A stretch of 64,000 nucleotides of DNA from Felis catus (taxonomy: Eukaryota). The stretch's first letter is position 1, and each line of letters starts with the position of its first letter. The DNA is taken from positions 194,742,001 through 194,806,000 of the forward strand of contig NC_058375.1 in the NCBI RefSeq assembly GCF_018350175.1, written 5' to 3'. The translations under genes and the position numbers were made by a program. Below the pieces are notes generated by a model that had not been told where the DNA came from, searched no databases, and saw only the letters and a list, made by a program, of their open reading frames with translations. Of the stretch, positions 12,817 through 25,800 are shown in pieces.

Positions 12817-13568
12817 GTTGGAAGCTTGAGCTATATATAAACATTAGTGTTTGCCTTCTGTCACTGGAATGTAATCTTCTGTTGTACTGTCCATGTGGTT
12901 CATAGCGTGGTGTATAACTAGTGCAGGCATGGTGGAACTATCTTGAATACATGGCATCACTGGTGATAGTCCAGCTGCAGCTTTGAAAAGGGAGGTGTTT
13001 ACTGTCAAATAAACCCTACCTCTATATAAATCAAAGCTCAGTTGATTTCAGGCTTGCATACTCTTGATCTTTAATTCACAGCTCTCACTAATATGGTGAA
13101 ATGCTATCTGTGTGTTAGTCTTTTCCAAGGAAAATTTACATTTTTGTCCGGAGAGGAAAAGCAATTATTGATGCCGTATCCTTCTGTTCAGTAAGTAATA
13201 TTTTAAACATGGCAGAATAGGAATTGCTGAGCAGCCCTCTGTTGTTTTTCCTTCTAGTATGTATGTTTATTTTATGCCTATTCTATAAAATACGCCACTT
13301 ACCAAGATTAAAAGAAACTCCTAAATTTACCATCTTGTTTGTAGTTAATGACTCTGTTCACGATGATGGTGGTATACTTGGGCAATAAGGCTCTAGGTCA
13401 TGAATGAAATGGTAGGATATGAGTTTCATACAATATAGTCTCACGATGACAGGGTTTGAAAGCAATACACATTGCCTATAAGGGAATGTTCTGCTTTGTG
13501 AAGTATATGAGGTATTGAGGAGTGGTGTCCTGCTCTGTTGTGATTGGTGGAATGCACCATTTGCATAG

Positions 13569-13667
13569 GTCAGAGGCGGGGAGCATTGTGGAGAAAGGCC
13601 AGGTGTCCTCTGCCCCTGAGGAATGTCGCAGCTTCATGTCTGGTCGCCCCTCACAGACTCCAGAGCA
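13569..13667 (+). CDS. UNC80: UNC80 internal exon: (R)SEAGSIVEKGQVSSAPEECRSFMSGRPSQTPE(H)
   Basis: Acceptor tttgcatag| and donor CA|gtaagt; 99 nt, phase 2 to 2. Confidence 0.95.
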
Positions 13668-13981
13668 GTAAGTAGCATTGATTTTTGTCTCCAGTGCAGT
13701 TGGCTGAGCACTTCCTGCTGCAAGAAATCATCTTTGAACTTTGCCTTGCTTCTGACCTTTACTTTTCATTCCCAAAGCCACTAATCTCTACAGACCCAAA
13801 TCACAAATAACCAGCCTCAGGCCTACAGGAAGCTTCCTTAACTGCATTTCCCTTTCCCAGTCTCTACCCCACTTCTGCTTTTCTTGCACACTCCGCAGAT
13901 AAATCATGAAAAATACTGTGCCTGTCAGGTGGGGTGGGGATGTCATCTACTTTCTTGCTTAAAATCACTTATAACTTTTTT

Positions 13982-13999
13982 AATGTTTATTTATATATT

Positions 14000-14053
<54 letters not shown>

Positions 14054-14203
14054 TGAGAGCAGTGGAGGGGTAGAATGAGAGGGAGAAAGAATCCCAGTAG
14101 GCTCTGTACTGTCAGCACAGAGCCCTACATGGGGCTTGAACCCACAAACCTTGATGTCATGCCTCAGCCGATATCAAGAGTCAGACATTTAACCAAATGC
14201 CCG
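13982..14203 (-). mobile_element. Can-SINE with expanded (GA)n and 14-bp TSD
   Basis: SINEC body on the minus strand. TSD cttataactttttt at 13968-13981 and 14204-14217. Confidence 0.9.
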
Positions 14204-15184
14204 CTTATAACTTTTTTCATTTAAATGTATTAATGACTGTCAATGTGCTCAATGAAGCCTTTCCAAAAATAAGTAAGATAAACTTCTCTTGAGCCCAGAT
14301 TTAGCTGAAACATAGACTGTACTCCATTTCACCTTGGTCTTCTCCCAAGATCCATTCCAAAGTTCTCTGAAATCAATCAGTTTATCTCCACTTTTTATAA
14401 TGGCAAAGTCAAAAGCATCTTAAAATTAGTACCCCCAGGAAATGTGAGAATTACTGTAGACAGTAACACAGCCTAGTTCTATGCAAGACCCATTTGTATT
14501 TATTCTTCTTTTGAGAACTATTTACTCACAAATGGTATGATCAATATTTAAAACACAAACATCACTTAAGGTATGCCATTTTACTTCCACAAACTCTGGT
14601 TTACTGTGAAATTATTATCCTTCCAAAAATTCTACAGGGTATTCTAGATTTTATGGTATACCTTCTCCATAATCAAGGAAATCACCATCATCAAATAGAA
14701 CCTTGGTAATTCACAACAAGCAAAGAAAACCTTCAAAGAACAAAAGCCTGCATAGCTCTTGCAGCCCTTCAAAATCTTAGACACTGCCCCTAAATGGCTG
14801 GAGGAAAGTAAAGAGAAGTAAGTAAACTCCCTGAGTCTAGGGACCATATGAGTTTTGCTTACCGTTATAACTTCAATGGTTAGACAGGGCTTAGCCCCCC
14901 TAGTGAACACTTCATATCTATTTCATAAATAAATGAATGAATGACAGTCAATCAATGAAATGATAGAATTGTCAAATTATCATTAAGCTTTTGTTTTCTT
15001 TAACTTCCTTTCTTAAATGTGAGGTTTAAGGAAGTCTTTAAGGACATAGTAAAAATTCAAACATAAGCCCTAAGGGGAAAAATAATGTAAAAGGCAAAAT
15101 TCTGTAGCTGAATAGCCATAAGACTAGTTAAAAGTCTTTACATACAGGGTATGAAAAAAACATCAATAAATAAAAGGAGAAAGA

Positions 15185-15337
15185 GGGGCACCTGGGTGAC
15201 TCGCTTAAGCATTGATTTCTGCTCAGGTCATGATCTCATGGTTTGTGAGTTCGAGCCCCATGTCAGGCTCTCTGCTCTCAGCACAGAGCCTGCTTCAGAT
15301 CCTCTCTCATTCTCTCTCTACACCTCCCCCACTCATG

Positions 15338-15384
<47 letters not shown>

Positions 15385-15421
15385 CTCTCTCTCAAAAATA
15401 AATAAACATTAAAAAAAAAAA
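15185..15421 (+). mobile_element. Can-SINE
   Basis: ggggcacctgggtgactc...gagttcgagcccc...(CT)n...aaaataaataaacattaaaa. Confidence 0.92.
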
Positions 15422-15808
15422 GAAAGGGCTTTTTCCCTCAAAGTAGCACTAGCAACTATTAAGCTAATATGTTCAATGAGATGATTTAATAAGTAAATTG
15501 GATTTTAAAAATAAAACCATCTATCTTCATAGGTGATTTTGTTTTCTAGATTGCAAAATATTCTCTTTCTTCAGTGCTCTGTAAACACTGCCTAATAACT
15601 CAGCATTTAGCATGGGTCTTTTCTTTCCTCTTGGATGAAGACACATGTTTTAATATCCTTCCACATAAAAATTTCCATTTGGAGGGATGACATAGAATGT
15701 TAAATATAGAGCTTTTCCCTATTCTGAGTGGGCCCAGGTAATGAGCATGCTGAATATCCTCTGTTTAGCACCGGAGCAAAGTAGGTGGGTAATCCCAGCT
15801 CCTCCTTT

Positions 15809-15812
<4 letters not shown>

Positions 15813-15870
<58 letters not shown>

Positions 15871-15912
15871 ACCCTTCCCTCCCCTTCCCACCCTTCTCTT
15901 CTCCTTCCTCCT
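15813..15912. repeat. (CT)n microsatellite / polypyrimidine tract
   Basis: Read directly from the sequence. Confidence 0.9.
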
Positions 15913-16193
15913 TAAAAGTCACACTAACAGAGCATATCACTGCCAATACAATAGCCACCATTGCTTTCTTTCTCCCCTCTTAATCTCTACCAACTTAATG
16001 AGTGAAAATAGGGATCTCATTTCAACTGACCCTCCCCTCCCACCCAATTCCTAGTGAGATTAACCTCTGCATATTATTGGCCACTTGTCTTCTTCCTCTT
16101 GTGGAATGCCCTAGTCAAAAATCCCTTTGGAGGTGTCCCCATTTGGCTTACTGAGTCAGGCTAATTTTTTTTTTTACTTTTAAACCTCTCTTA

Positions 16194-16376
16194 GGGGCAC
16201 CTGGGTGGCTCAGACGGTTAAGCCTCCAACTGCGGCTCAGGTCACCATCTCATAATGGGTTCCAGCCCTGCGCCTGGAGCCTGCTTCAAGTTCTGTGTCT
16301 CCCTCTCTCTCAGCCCCTCCCCCACTCACACTCTGTGCCTCTCTCTCAAAAATAAAATAAAACACTGAAAAAAAAA
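16194..16376 (+). mobile_element. Can-SINE (internally deleted)
   Basis: ggggcacctgggtggctcagacggttaagc..., A-tail. Imperfect TSD taaacctctctta / taaaccttactta. Confidence 0.9.
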
Positions 16377-16927
16377 TAAACCTTACTTAAGTTTCCTTGA
16401 CTTAAGAAAACTTAATAATCGCATGATGAAAATAATTTAGTAAACAGATGTGGGATGATGCACCCCCTGGCTGTGGTTGCACTTCACTTATTCATTTATT
16501 GAAATATCTTTGGTTTGTTTAGTGCCAAGAATTTTGCTATACTGGCGTGAGGGTGGTGAATGAGATACAGTACTGTACAAGACTCCGGGAACTTCAAGAC
16601 AAAGTAAAATATTTAGACATCATAAGTGCTTCTATTATGACTCACACCCGCAGAGGAACACCTGCAATAATATTTGGTCTTTTTATTAAGGTTGAAAAAA
16701 ATGATTACCTCTATTTGACAGCTGAGACATGACTGTTTTCAAGAAGTGCTCAGAGTCAACTGTGGTCTCACTTTTTCCACTCCCACTCTGACTCATCCTA
16801 AATCCCAGCCCACCAAAGATCATCCTGCATGATTTGCCTAAATGTCATTGGCAGGAAGTTGAAAGAAATTTAAGGGAATTTCACATGTGTTGTCAGATGT
16901 TTAACTCTATCCTCCGCTTGCTTTCAG

Positions 16928-17142
16928 CGATGAACAAATGCAAGGGGGCAACCTGGGGCGGAAAGATTTCTGGCGCAAGATGTTCAAATCCCAGAGTGCA
17001 GCTAGTGACACCAGCAGCCAATCTGAGCAGGATACTTCAGAATGCACCACTGCCCATTCCGGGACCACCTCTGACCGTCGCGCCCGCTCAAGGTCCCGCA
17101 GAATTTCCCTCCGGAAGAAGCTTAAACTCCCCATAGGTAAAA
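16928..17142 (+). CDS. UNC80: UNC80 internal exon: (H)DEQMQGGNLGRKDFWRKMFKSQSAASDTSSQSEQDTSECTTAHSGTTSDRRARSRSRRISLRKKLKLPI(G or GKR); alternative end at 17136
   Basis: Acceptor ttgctttcag|. Two in-frame donors: G|gtaaaa (exon end 17136) and A|gtatgt (exon end 17142). Phase 2 to 1; matches ORF 16938..17204. Confidence 0.95.
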
Positions 17143-17271
17143 GTATGTCTGTATTTATTTATGGATTCTCTTACTCCCTGCCATGTCCTCAAATCAACTC
17201 ATAATCAAAACAAAGCAATGCATGGTAGGGCAGAGAAAGGGAAAGGCTTCAAGTCACAAGGTTGAGGCTGG

Positions 17272-18165
17272 CTCATTTATTCATTCGTTCATTCATTTTT
17301 TTTTCCGGCAGGTTATTTCTCAGACCCCTACTATGTGCATTTATGATGTGCAAACACTATGCTAGGCATCAAGGATTAAATGGTGAACAAAATTAACACA
17401 GTGCCCAACTTTGCTGAACTTAAAATCTATTAGGGGTGACAGTCACTAAAGCAGATACAACTAAGCATAGTTGCAAACTGTGAATTTTATGAAGGAAATA
17501 TACATTGTGCTATGAAAGCATGCAATGAGATCTGACCTAAATTGGGAGGAGGAGGCAGAGATCAGAGAAAGCTTCCTGGAGGAAGAGAGATTAAGATCTT
17601 CAGAGTACTGGGGGAAGGAAGAAAGAGAGCACTCTAAATGGTAGCAATAGCATTTGTAAAATATTAGGAGGGAGGGAACTAGAAGAACTGAGATGAGAAG
17701 AGTGGCTGTATGACTATGACAGAGCAAGAGGGACTAGGGCATGTGGACCCTACGGGTCAGGTTGGCTCTTCATCCTATAGCCCTACATAGCCTAGGCGGG
17801 ATGATGAACAAGGGAATACCACAAGCAGGCTAGCTTTTTCTAAAGGATCACTGCTTGGACAACATATTGGCGGGAGCCCAAGTGGTTAAGGGAGAGCAGA
17901 TAGAAACCTACCTAGTAGTTCAGATAGAGGTAATGGAAGCTTGGTCACATGGTGACCATGTACAGAGGAGTGGACAGATTTGAGAAACACTTAAGAGGTA
18001 AAATCAAGGGTGCCTGGGTGGCTCAGTCAGTTAAGCATCCAACTTCGGTTTAGGTCATGATCTGGGAGTCAAGCCCTGCATCAGGCCCTGTGCTGACAGC
18101 TTACAGCCTGGAGCCTGCTTTGGATTCTGTGTCTCCCTCTCTCTCTCTGCCCCTCCCCCACTCGT

Positions 18166-18203
<38 letters not shown>

Positions 18204-18310
18204 AAAAATAAATAAACATTTTTTTATAAAAAGAGGTAAAATCAATAGGACTTAATAGAGGATGTGAAAGGTGTCAAAGGGAACTGGATGGAATATAGTT
18301 TTATTCACCA
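17272..18310 (-). mobile_element. L2 3' region, interrupted by a SINE
   Basis: (ttca)n end followed by cactatgctaggc...atggtgaacaaaa and a purine-rich body typical of antisense L2. Confidence 0.7.
18008..18230 (+). mobile_element. Can-SINE with 15-bp TSD, inserted in L2
   Basis: TSD aagaggtaaaatcaa at 17993-18007 and 18231-18245. Confidence 0.95.
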
Positions 18311-18530
18311 AAGAGGCCCAAGTTCTTTTTGTCCTGGTCTTAGTCATGTAATTTTATGGTTCAACACTGAATATTCAAAGCATGTACAATTTTGAAAACA
18401 ATTTGTCTTCACTTCAATTTATACCACGCCATGTAACTTTCATTGCTTGCTGAACACATGCTGACATTTCTTTTTATCTACTTGGGAGAACATGCTATAA
18501 TGGTCTAACTTTTCAAAAATTATTAAATAG

Positions 18531-18637
18531 GAAACTGGCTGAAACGGTCCTCCCTCTCAGGCCTGGCAGATGGCGTGGAGGACCTTCTGGACATCAGCTC
18601 TGTGGACCGCCTGTCTTTCATCAGGCAAAGCTCCAAG
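18531..18637 (+). CDS. UNC80: UNC80 internal exon: (G/R)NWLKRSSLSGLADGVEDLLDISSVDRLSFIRQSSK
   Basis: Acceptor ttattaaatag| and donor AAG|gtaaac; 107 nt, phase 1 to 0. Confidence 0.95.
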
Positions 18638-18934
18638 GTAAACAGGACATCACTTATGTAAGAGAGTGTTGGAGTTGTTGATAGAAAAATTTCAGGACTG
18701 AGAAATGCTAAACACCTGGACTGGCCAAATAAGAAAGAGTCGAAGACACTGTCTTCAAGCTGAACCAAGTTTGGAGAGTTAAATGAGCAATGAAAACTAA
18801 GATATCTAAGTAGTAGGCTATTATTGAAAGGAAGAAAAGAGTAACAAAAAATTTACATAAAATTATAATGCAGATCTAAAGGTGTACATGGGTATTATTT
18901 CCTGGCTATTTTTTTGTTATTCAGTTTTAACTTT

Positions 18935-19385
18935 ATTTTTTTAATTTTTATTATTAAATTCCAGTGTAATTAACAGACAGTGCTATATTACTTTCAAGTG
19001 TACAATATAGTGATTCAACAATTCTATATATTACTCAGCGCTCATCATGATAAGTGTACTCTTAATCCCCATCACCTATTTCACCCACCCCACCACCCAC
19101 CACCCCTCTGGTAACCATCAGTTCTCTGTATCTAAGAGTCTGGTTTTTTGTCTCTTTTTTTCTTGTTCTTTGTTTTGATTTATAAATTCCACATATGAGT
19201 GAAATCATTTGAAATTTGTCTTTCTCTGACTTATGTCACTTAGCATTACACCCTCTAGATCCATCTGTGTTGTTGCAAATGGATTTCTACTCTCTACTTT
19301 TATTCAACATAGTACTAGAAATCCTAGCCACAGCAATCAGACAAGAAAAGTCAATGAAAGGCATCTAAATTAGTATTTCTCAGAT
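18935..19385 (-). mobile_element. 5'-truncated and 5'-inverted L1 insertion
   Basis: The minus-strand L1 3' UTR and ORF2 end (18935-19282) abut a plus-strand ORF2 piece (LLFNIVLEILATAIRQEK, ~19285-19375). Candidate TSD agttttaacttt at 18923-18934 and 19386-19397. Confidence 0.8.
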
Positions 19386-20475
19386 AGTTTTAACTTTTAA
19401 CACACATGTGAAATTCCTGACATCTGAAGCTCCCACCCAACTATGTGGTATTTTTCTAATGTTTCCTCTTATGCATTAAAACCCACATTGATCCTCTTTC
19501 TACTACTTTTGCAACCACCTGAACCATTCTTCCTACTGAAAAGGATAAAGAAATTCAGGATCATTTTTTCCCATTAAGTGCTTCTTCATAATACTATTAA
19601 GCATTGTAACAGCATACTATTTGGAAAAGGTAGTGAATTATACTCAGTGAAATCCATTGCCTACAAGAGTCTTCCCTGTGCATGATCCACACTATAATTT
19701 TTAGTGTATGGTAAGAGTTACATTTCTTTATATATAAATCATTTCCTTATATTATTTCTGCTTTGAATCTCACTAAAGCCAGTTTTCTTCTATATGTTTT
19801 AATAGTATATTTTGAAATTATAAAAAGAACATATCGACATTATAAGACATTTAGAAAATATATTTTCTCCTTCACATTTTTTTTTGGCTAAACTATTGGC
19901 CAAATATTGAGAGTATGTGAAGCCCATAGATTCCTTGCTTGCTGAAAATTTTAAATACTCTTGACCTAAGGGCAAGATCAAGAACACATTTTAACTCCTG
20001 AGGAGAAAACAAACAAACAGACATCTTATTTCACTTTAATTATAGGGTACTTTATGAATTAATTTATACTGTTTTATTTTCATAAAAATTTGAAATCTTC
20101 TATTTGGCTGTCTTCCAGTTTTGTCTCATTATCAATTGTGGTGTGGTTTTTAAAGGATGACTATACCTTGTTGTTCATAAATTTGAGCTTGGATTTTATC
20201 AGAACGAAGCTGTAAGGACATCTCACTTACTCACTGAATTAATTCATAGTGCCTGACTATTTACTTTCAATCTATGACCGGATCCTTCTTCTAATTACAA
20301 TTATAAGTGATGTCTTCTGTGGTACACATACTTACTGACTAACCAGATGTGGAAGTCTGAAGAACTGAAGTAATCTTCATATTCTAAACAACTTATTTTT
20401 CAAGGCAAGAGTTAGTATAAACACAAAGAGTTGCCTTTGAGTTTAGCTATCTTACTACTCTCCTTTTTGTCTCAG

Positions 20476-20572
20476 GTCAAATTTACCAGTGCAGTGAAGC
20501 TTTCTGAAGGTGGGCCAGGGAGTGGAATGGAAAATGGAAGAGATGAAGAGGAGAATTTCTTCAAACGTCTTG
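20476..20572 (+). CDS. UNC80: UNC80 internal exon: VKFTSAVKLSEGGPGSGMENGRDEEENFFKRL(G)
   Basis: Acceptor tttttgtctcag| and donor G|gtaaat; 97 nt, phase 0 to 1. Confidence 0.95.
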
Positions 20573-20869
20573 GTAAATGTCATGCAGCCTAAGAATGACA
20601 TCCAATTTTCATCACACAGAACAAAAATTTGTTTAGATAAAATGGTCCATTTTCTATTTCCACTGATTTCTTTCTTATATGTGTGTTGTACTACTATAGC
20701 TTCTCACTTTCTTATCAATTTTGTTCAACAGACATTTATGGAAGACATTAGGTTTACAAAGAACCTCTCCTTCTGCTATCTGTCCTTTGTTAAAATCTAA
20801 GAGCTTTAAAGAACCTTCAGATATCCATCCACCTATCTACTTAGAAACTCTGCACATTATATCTCTGAC

Positions 20870-21420
20870 AAGTGGCCAGCCACCCTCGGAACACCTCCAC
20901 TGAGGGGGAGTCTGTTACTTTACAAAGCAACTTGTTCCAGAACTAGACAGTTTTAATTGTTAGAAAGTCTTTCCTTACATTCTGAAAATATTCCCATCCA
21001 TAAATTTGATTCATTAGTTCCAGTTATGATATCTGTGGCCAAACACACAAATATACACATGTAATGCTAACTTAGCCTATTATCTATTTCACATTCTCTC
21101 TTTTGATCTCACTTCTGCTGGTCAAACATTTTTGAGTCCTTTTTTTTTTTTTACATGGAAGTGTCTCTAGATCCATCACTATCCTGATTCCATTTTACTG
21201 TGCATTCTAATTAAATGATACACTTTACAAGATATGGAGCTTCAGATGGAATGCAATACATCATATTTGACTTTAATCGGTGTAATAAATAGTGCAACTA
21301 TTAAGCTCCAGGAACATAGCAAGTGTATGAGCACAATTTAAGGTTGCATTATCAACTTTTATATCACATAGTTGGCTTATACTGAATTTTGGATTAACTT
21401 TTGATAACCCTCTTCCACAT
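20870..21420 (-). mobile_element. L3/CR1 relic
   Basis: gacagttttaattgttagaaagtctttccttac matches the recalled CR1/L3 antisense motif. Confidence 0.55.
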
Positions 21421-22373
21421 GAATGAATATCATGCTATATTTTGATATAGCCATTATTAATTCTTCATCTCAAAATAAATAAAATTTATTGTTTCATTAA
21501 TTTGGTAGGTGGTTAAGTCATATGCTCAGAACAGAAATTAAGAGACAGAACTAAAACTAAGTTGAATTTGAAATCTTTTCTTCTTTACAATTGTGCTATA
21601 AGGATTCATCTGCAGAGACATACACATTTCCCTGTTTCCATCCAAATTGTTGCTATTATTACTGACTGGGACAAATATAAAGATATAACCTCTACAACAC
21701 TTCTAATTAACTTTTATTAATTAACAATTTGTGGGTACAGTTTTTTAGCCAACCATATACTTAATTTACTAGAATTAGTAAACATTTTCCCATTTCTTGA
21801 TAAAAATATCATCAGATTTTTAAAAAATCTCACATCTTTATAACTCTATCTAAAGGAAATCTGCAGCTTAGTTCAATACAATGTATTCTTCATGAAGCTA
21901 CAATGATTTCTATGATTACTTCTGTTTTAAATAAAATGTTCCTGTTTAATTATCTCTGACAGAATTTGGCCAGGGCATACATCAAAGTTATTAGTCTATG
22001 GTTTCAAGAATCTTCCTAACTACCAGAACTTTTGTCATTTTCAGTTCCCATAGATTCTTTTTCACTCCTCATGATATCTCAGAGTTTTACATATTCTTTT
22101 ATATATTGTTTATATTTCATTCACAAATAGAAAAGGATGATAGAAAAATTATAGAGAAATATAATATGGAATATTCATAAATTCTGACTTTGGGATCAAT
22201 TTGTGTCAGCAGTTCCTTAAATAAGACTATCTGTTTCTGTGTATACAGAAGACAAAAACCATAAAATCTAAAATTGATATCTGGAATTTTATGTGCTTTT
22301 GACTGGCAACAGAAGATAGCTTACACATCACCATTATTCCTTGCCCACATTCTCTGGCTAATTAAAGATTATA

Positions 22374-22540
22374 GGGGTGCCTGGGTGGCTCAGTTGGTTA
22401 AGCATTCCATTCTTAATTTTGGGTCAGGTCATGATCTCACAGTGCATGGGTTCAAGCCCCGCACAAGGCTCTGAGCTGGCAGTACAGAGCCTGCTCGGAA
22501 TTCTGTCTCTGCCCCTCCCTCCCTCTTGTGTGTGTGCTTG

Positions 22541-22573
<33 letters not shown>

Positions 22574-22609
22574 AAAAATAAATAAATAAACTTTAAAAAA
22601 TTTAAAAAG
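22374..22609 (+). mobile_element. Can-SINE
   Basis: ggggtgcctgggtggctcagttggttaagc..., (CT)n, A-tail; short TSD agattata. Confidence 0.92.
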
Positions 22610-22801
22610 AGATTATAAAAGGTATTCTGTGGGATAATTCCTTCTGGATCTCTTGCAGAAGCCAGATATCCCCAGCTCTTCTAAAAAATTTAAAAAAACA
22701 TTATCTATTAATCTTACTACATTGTAGTTTGCAACAACTAACTGCCCTTGGCCAGGTGAACATCTTTCTCTCTCTCTCTTTCTGAATCTGCTTTTGCCTG
22801 T

Positions 22802-22842
22802 CTTCCTTCCTTCCTTCCTTCCTTCCTTCCTTCCTTCCTTTC
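22802..22842. repeat. (CTTC)n microsatellite
   Basis: Read directly from the sequence. Confidence 0.9.
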
Positions 22843-25800
22843 CAATCCATATGCACAAATGATTCCTATGCACCCATTATAGATGTATTGTCCTTTTCTT
22901 TCTCAATTATTTTGATTTAATTATATTGTCTCTGGTTCTTTAAAGTTATTAAAGAAAACAAACATCAAGCATTCTTACCTTCAATTTAAATGTAGTACTC
23001 AAAATTCACTGAGTTAAGATCAAATGCAATAGTTAATAGGATTTCTTTAAAATGTAAAAACATTATTCAATAAATTAAAAATATATCTGAACATTTAACA
23101 ACACTGAAATTGCATTTATAATAAGCTTTTTCTTCTATGTTTTCATATTCACTAAGAATATTTCATTTTAGAAATCATGTTGTCTTTATTTGAGGGAGGG
23201 AAGATATTTTATTAAAGCAATGTTTTTTTTCAACTGATTAATAAAATTTACTGAAAATCTTCTATGTGCTCAGCTCTGCCATAAATTCCATGGAAGTGCT
23301 GCTTAAAGAAATACTATATTTGAAGTATCCCTTTTTAAGTTTAACACATTATAAAAACTGTATTCTATATAAATTTATAACTTATACCTCAGTAAATTTA
23401 ATGTAAAAGATAGTAAATAAATGCAACTAGAATGTACTGAGACAAAAAAATCATTATGTCCAAGGAAGCCAAGAGGCATCCTTACATCCTAGTAAGTTTA
23501 TATAAAAGATTGACAGGAGATGTATTCTATAGCCAAATTACTTTTAACATTTCTTTTAGGATTACAATATGGAATGCCAACTGGGAACAATTTTACAGTC
23601 AGTTTGTAACATGTACAATGTTGATTTATTTCTTACTATAAGTTTTCCTGACATAATCTCTACCTTCAGCAATATAGAAAACTCTAACCTCCTTCAACAT
23701 GAACAGTTGTGTATTTTGAGGATGCTCTATGGCATAATGATAAGAGCGTAGGCTTGTGGTCATTAGGTCTGGATTTGAATCCTGACTTGATAACTTTCTC
23801 TTGCATGAACTTAGACTGGGCTACTTAACCTATCCCTTCTTTGTGTATCTCTCTGTCTATGTTCTTACTGCTCTCTTGTCTCTCATTCTCTTTCTTTCTC
23901 TTTTTTTTAAATCATCTTTAAAGATTTATCTTAAAGGACTATTACAAAAAATAAAATAAATTATAAAATATTTCATACACTATTTGGCATGTACTAAATG
24001 CTAAACTATGGTAGCAAATATATGGTTATCCATTAATGCTATATAGATACAATGGAAATTTTCCATTATTAATAGCTTTTTCTTACAAGCGTGATTCTTA
24101 TGTCCTGAGCTCATAGGATTCTACTGATCTTCATACCTCAATAAATATCCATCATTCTGTGAAGCAAAGAATATATGTTCTTCCTGACAAAGATTGTTTT
24201 GATCCCTTCTCTCTTCATTATTTTACTTAGACTCTTTAACCATATTGTTTCTGAAGTTCTTTTGATCAAAATGGTACTTCCTTTGGTAATATTAAATAGC
24301 TTTCTTTTAGAATTCACTATCTTGTCAAATAAATATTGAGAAAAATGATGAAAAGCTTATTATTGTTAAGCCTCCTTTAATAAGATGATGACAACTGTCC
24401 TTAATAAATCAGTTAAATAAGAATAAGTTTACTGATCATACATCCTGTCTTATATATTCGTTCTATTACAAATTTGAGGCAGTTATCACCTAATGTATTG
24501 TAAATCTTACTTATAGTAACAAATCATAAAACAACTGGATTCATTAAAAATATATTATTTTATAAAAGTTAAAGGCACTGCTAAGGTTATTCTTTTAACA
24601 GATGAGATTTCTGCTGATATGTGCAACTTAAAAGACTGTATATCAATGACTAATAAAGTGACATACAGATAGGAGAAATAACAGGAAGTTACTGGTTCTG
24701 GTAGTTTTGATAATGCCCAGTGAACAAATAGAGTAGCATTTTGAAAGGCAGCTGTCCAGGAAGTGTTTGTTCCTTATCTGTAGCTTTTAGCTCTACCTCC
24801 TTTGTGTCATTTGAGATTCTGTCTTCCAAATTGTTTGCACCATCAGATTCTTTGTGTTCTATTTCATTTTACAATTGATAAAAAATATGTCACACTAATT
24901 GGAAAAAAAAGTGCTGAAGATGTTGAATATGGAATTTTGAGTATGGAACATTTGCATCTGAAAAGGAAGTATGCTCATAAGGACTGAAATATGGGAAATT
25001 TTGATAATGATCTTTTAATTATATCATGAGGCATTTTTTTGTGCTTATGAAAATTTTCAAACATAGACAAAAAGTAAAAAGGATGGTCTAACGGATCCCA
25101 AATATTCATCACCCATGATCAAACAAAAATTTGATCAAATTTTTCCATATCTGTTTCATCTATCTTTCATGCTTTTTAAAGGTGTTTTTTCAATAAATCC
25201 CAGACATACATACATGTGCCTTTGTGCTGAGGCAGCAGGTAGGAAAAGTAGGGCAGTAGGTAGAAGGGATCAGGGTATTCTTAACAGAAGAGGTGGGAAA
25301 GTCATTTCTGGAGATCCGATCTGTGACTTCTCAATGACAACCTGGAGTTGGTAACCACAAATGAGTGGTGTGAACAGAAATTAAGGGAAGCTCTAAATCA
25401 GTGATTCTCATCCTTGGGGTTTATTCTCAGGTATCACAGGTACATTTCAGAATCCTGAGAAGGGGCTTGGACTGGGTTTTAAAAACAATATTCAGCATAA
25501 TACCCTTATAAAAGGAAATTTTTTTAGATATATATTAGAAACTGTAGTAAAGTCAGGAGATATTTAGGTTTTTCAAATGTGCCTATGGATAAAACTAATG
25601 AAAAACAATACTTTGTATCACTTTTTTCTTAATGTATGATCCTTAGACTTTCTGTGGTCAATAAATCATGTGGAGTGTTTGTTAAAATATGCATATCCCC
25701 CCCAGACATGGCATCAAAATCTCTAGTGATGAGACCTGATATTCTGTATTGAATAAGCTCTAGACCGATTCCTATTCATAGGCAGCTTAATTATGGAAAA

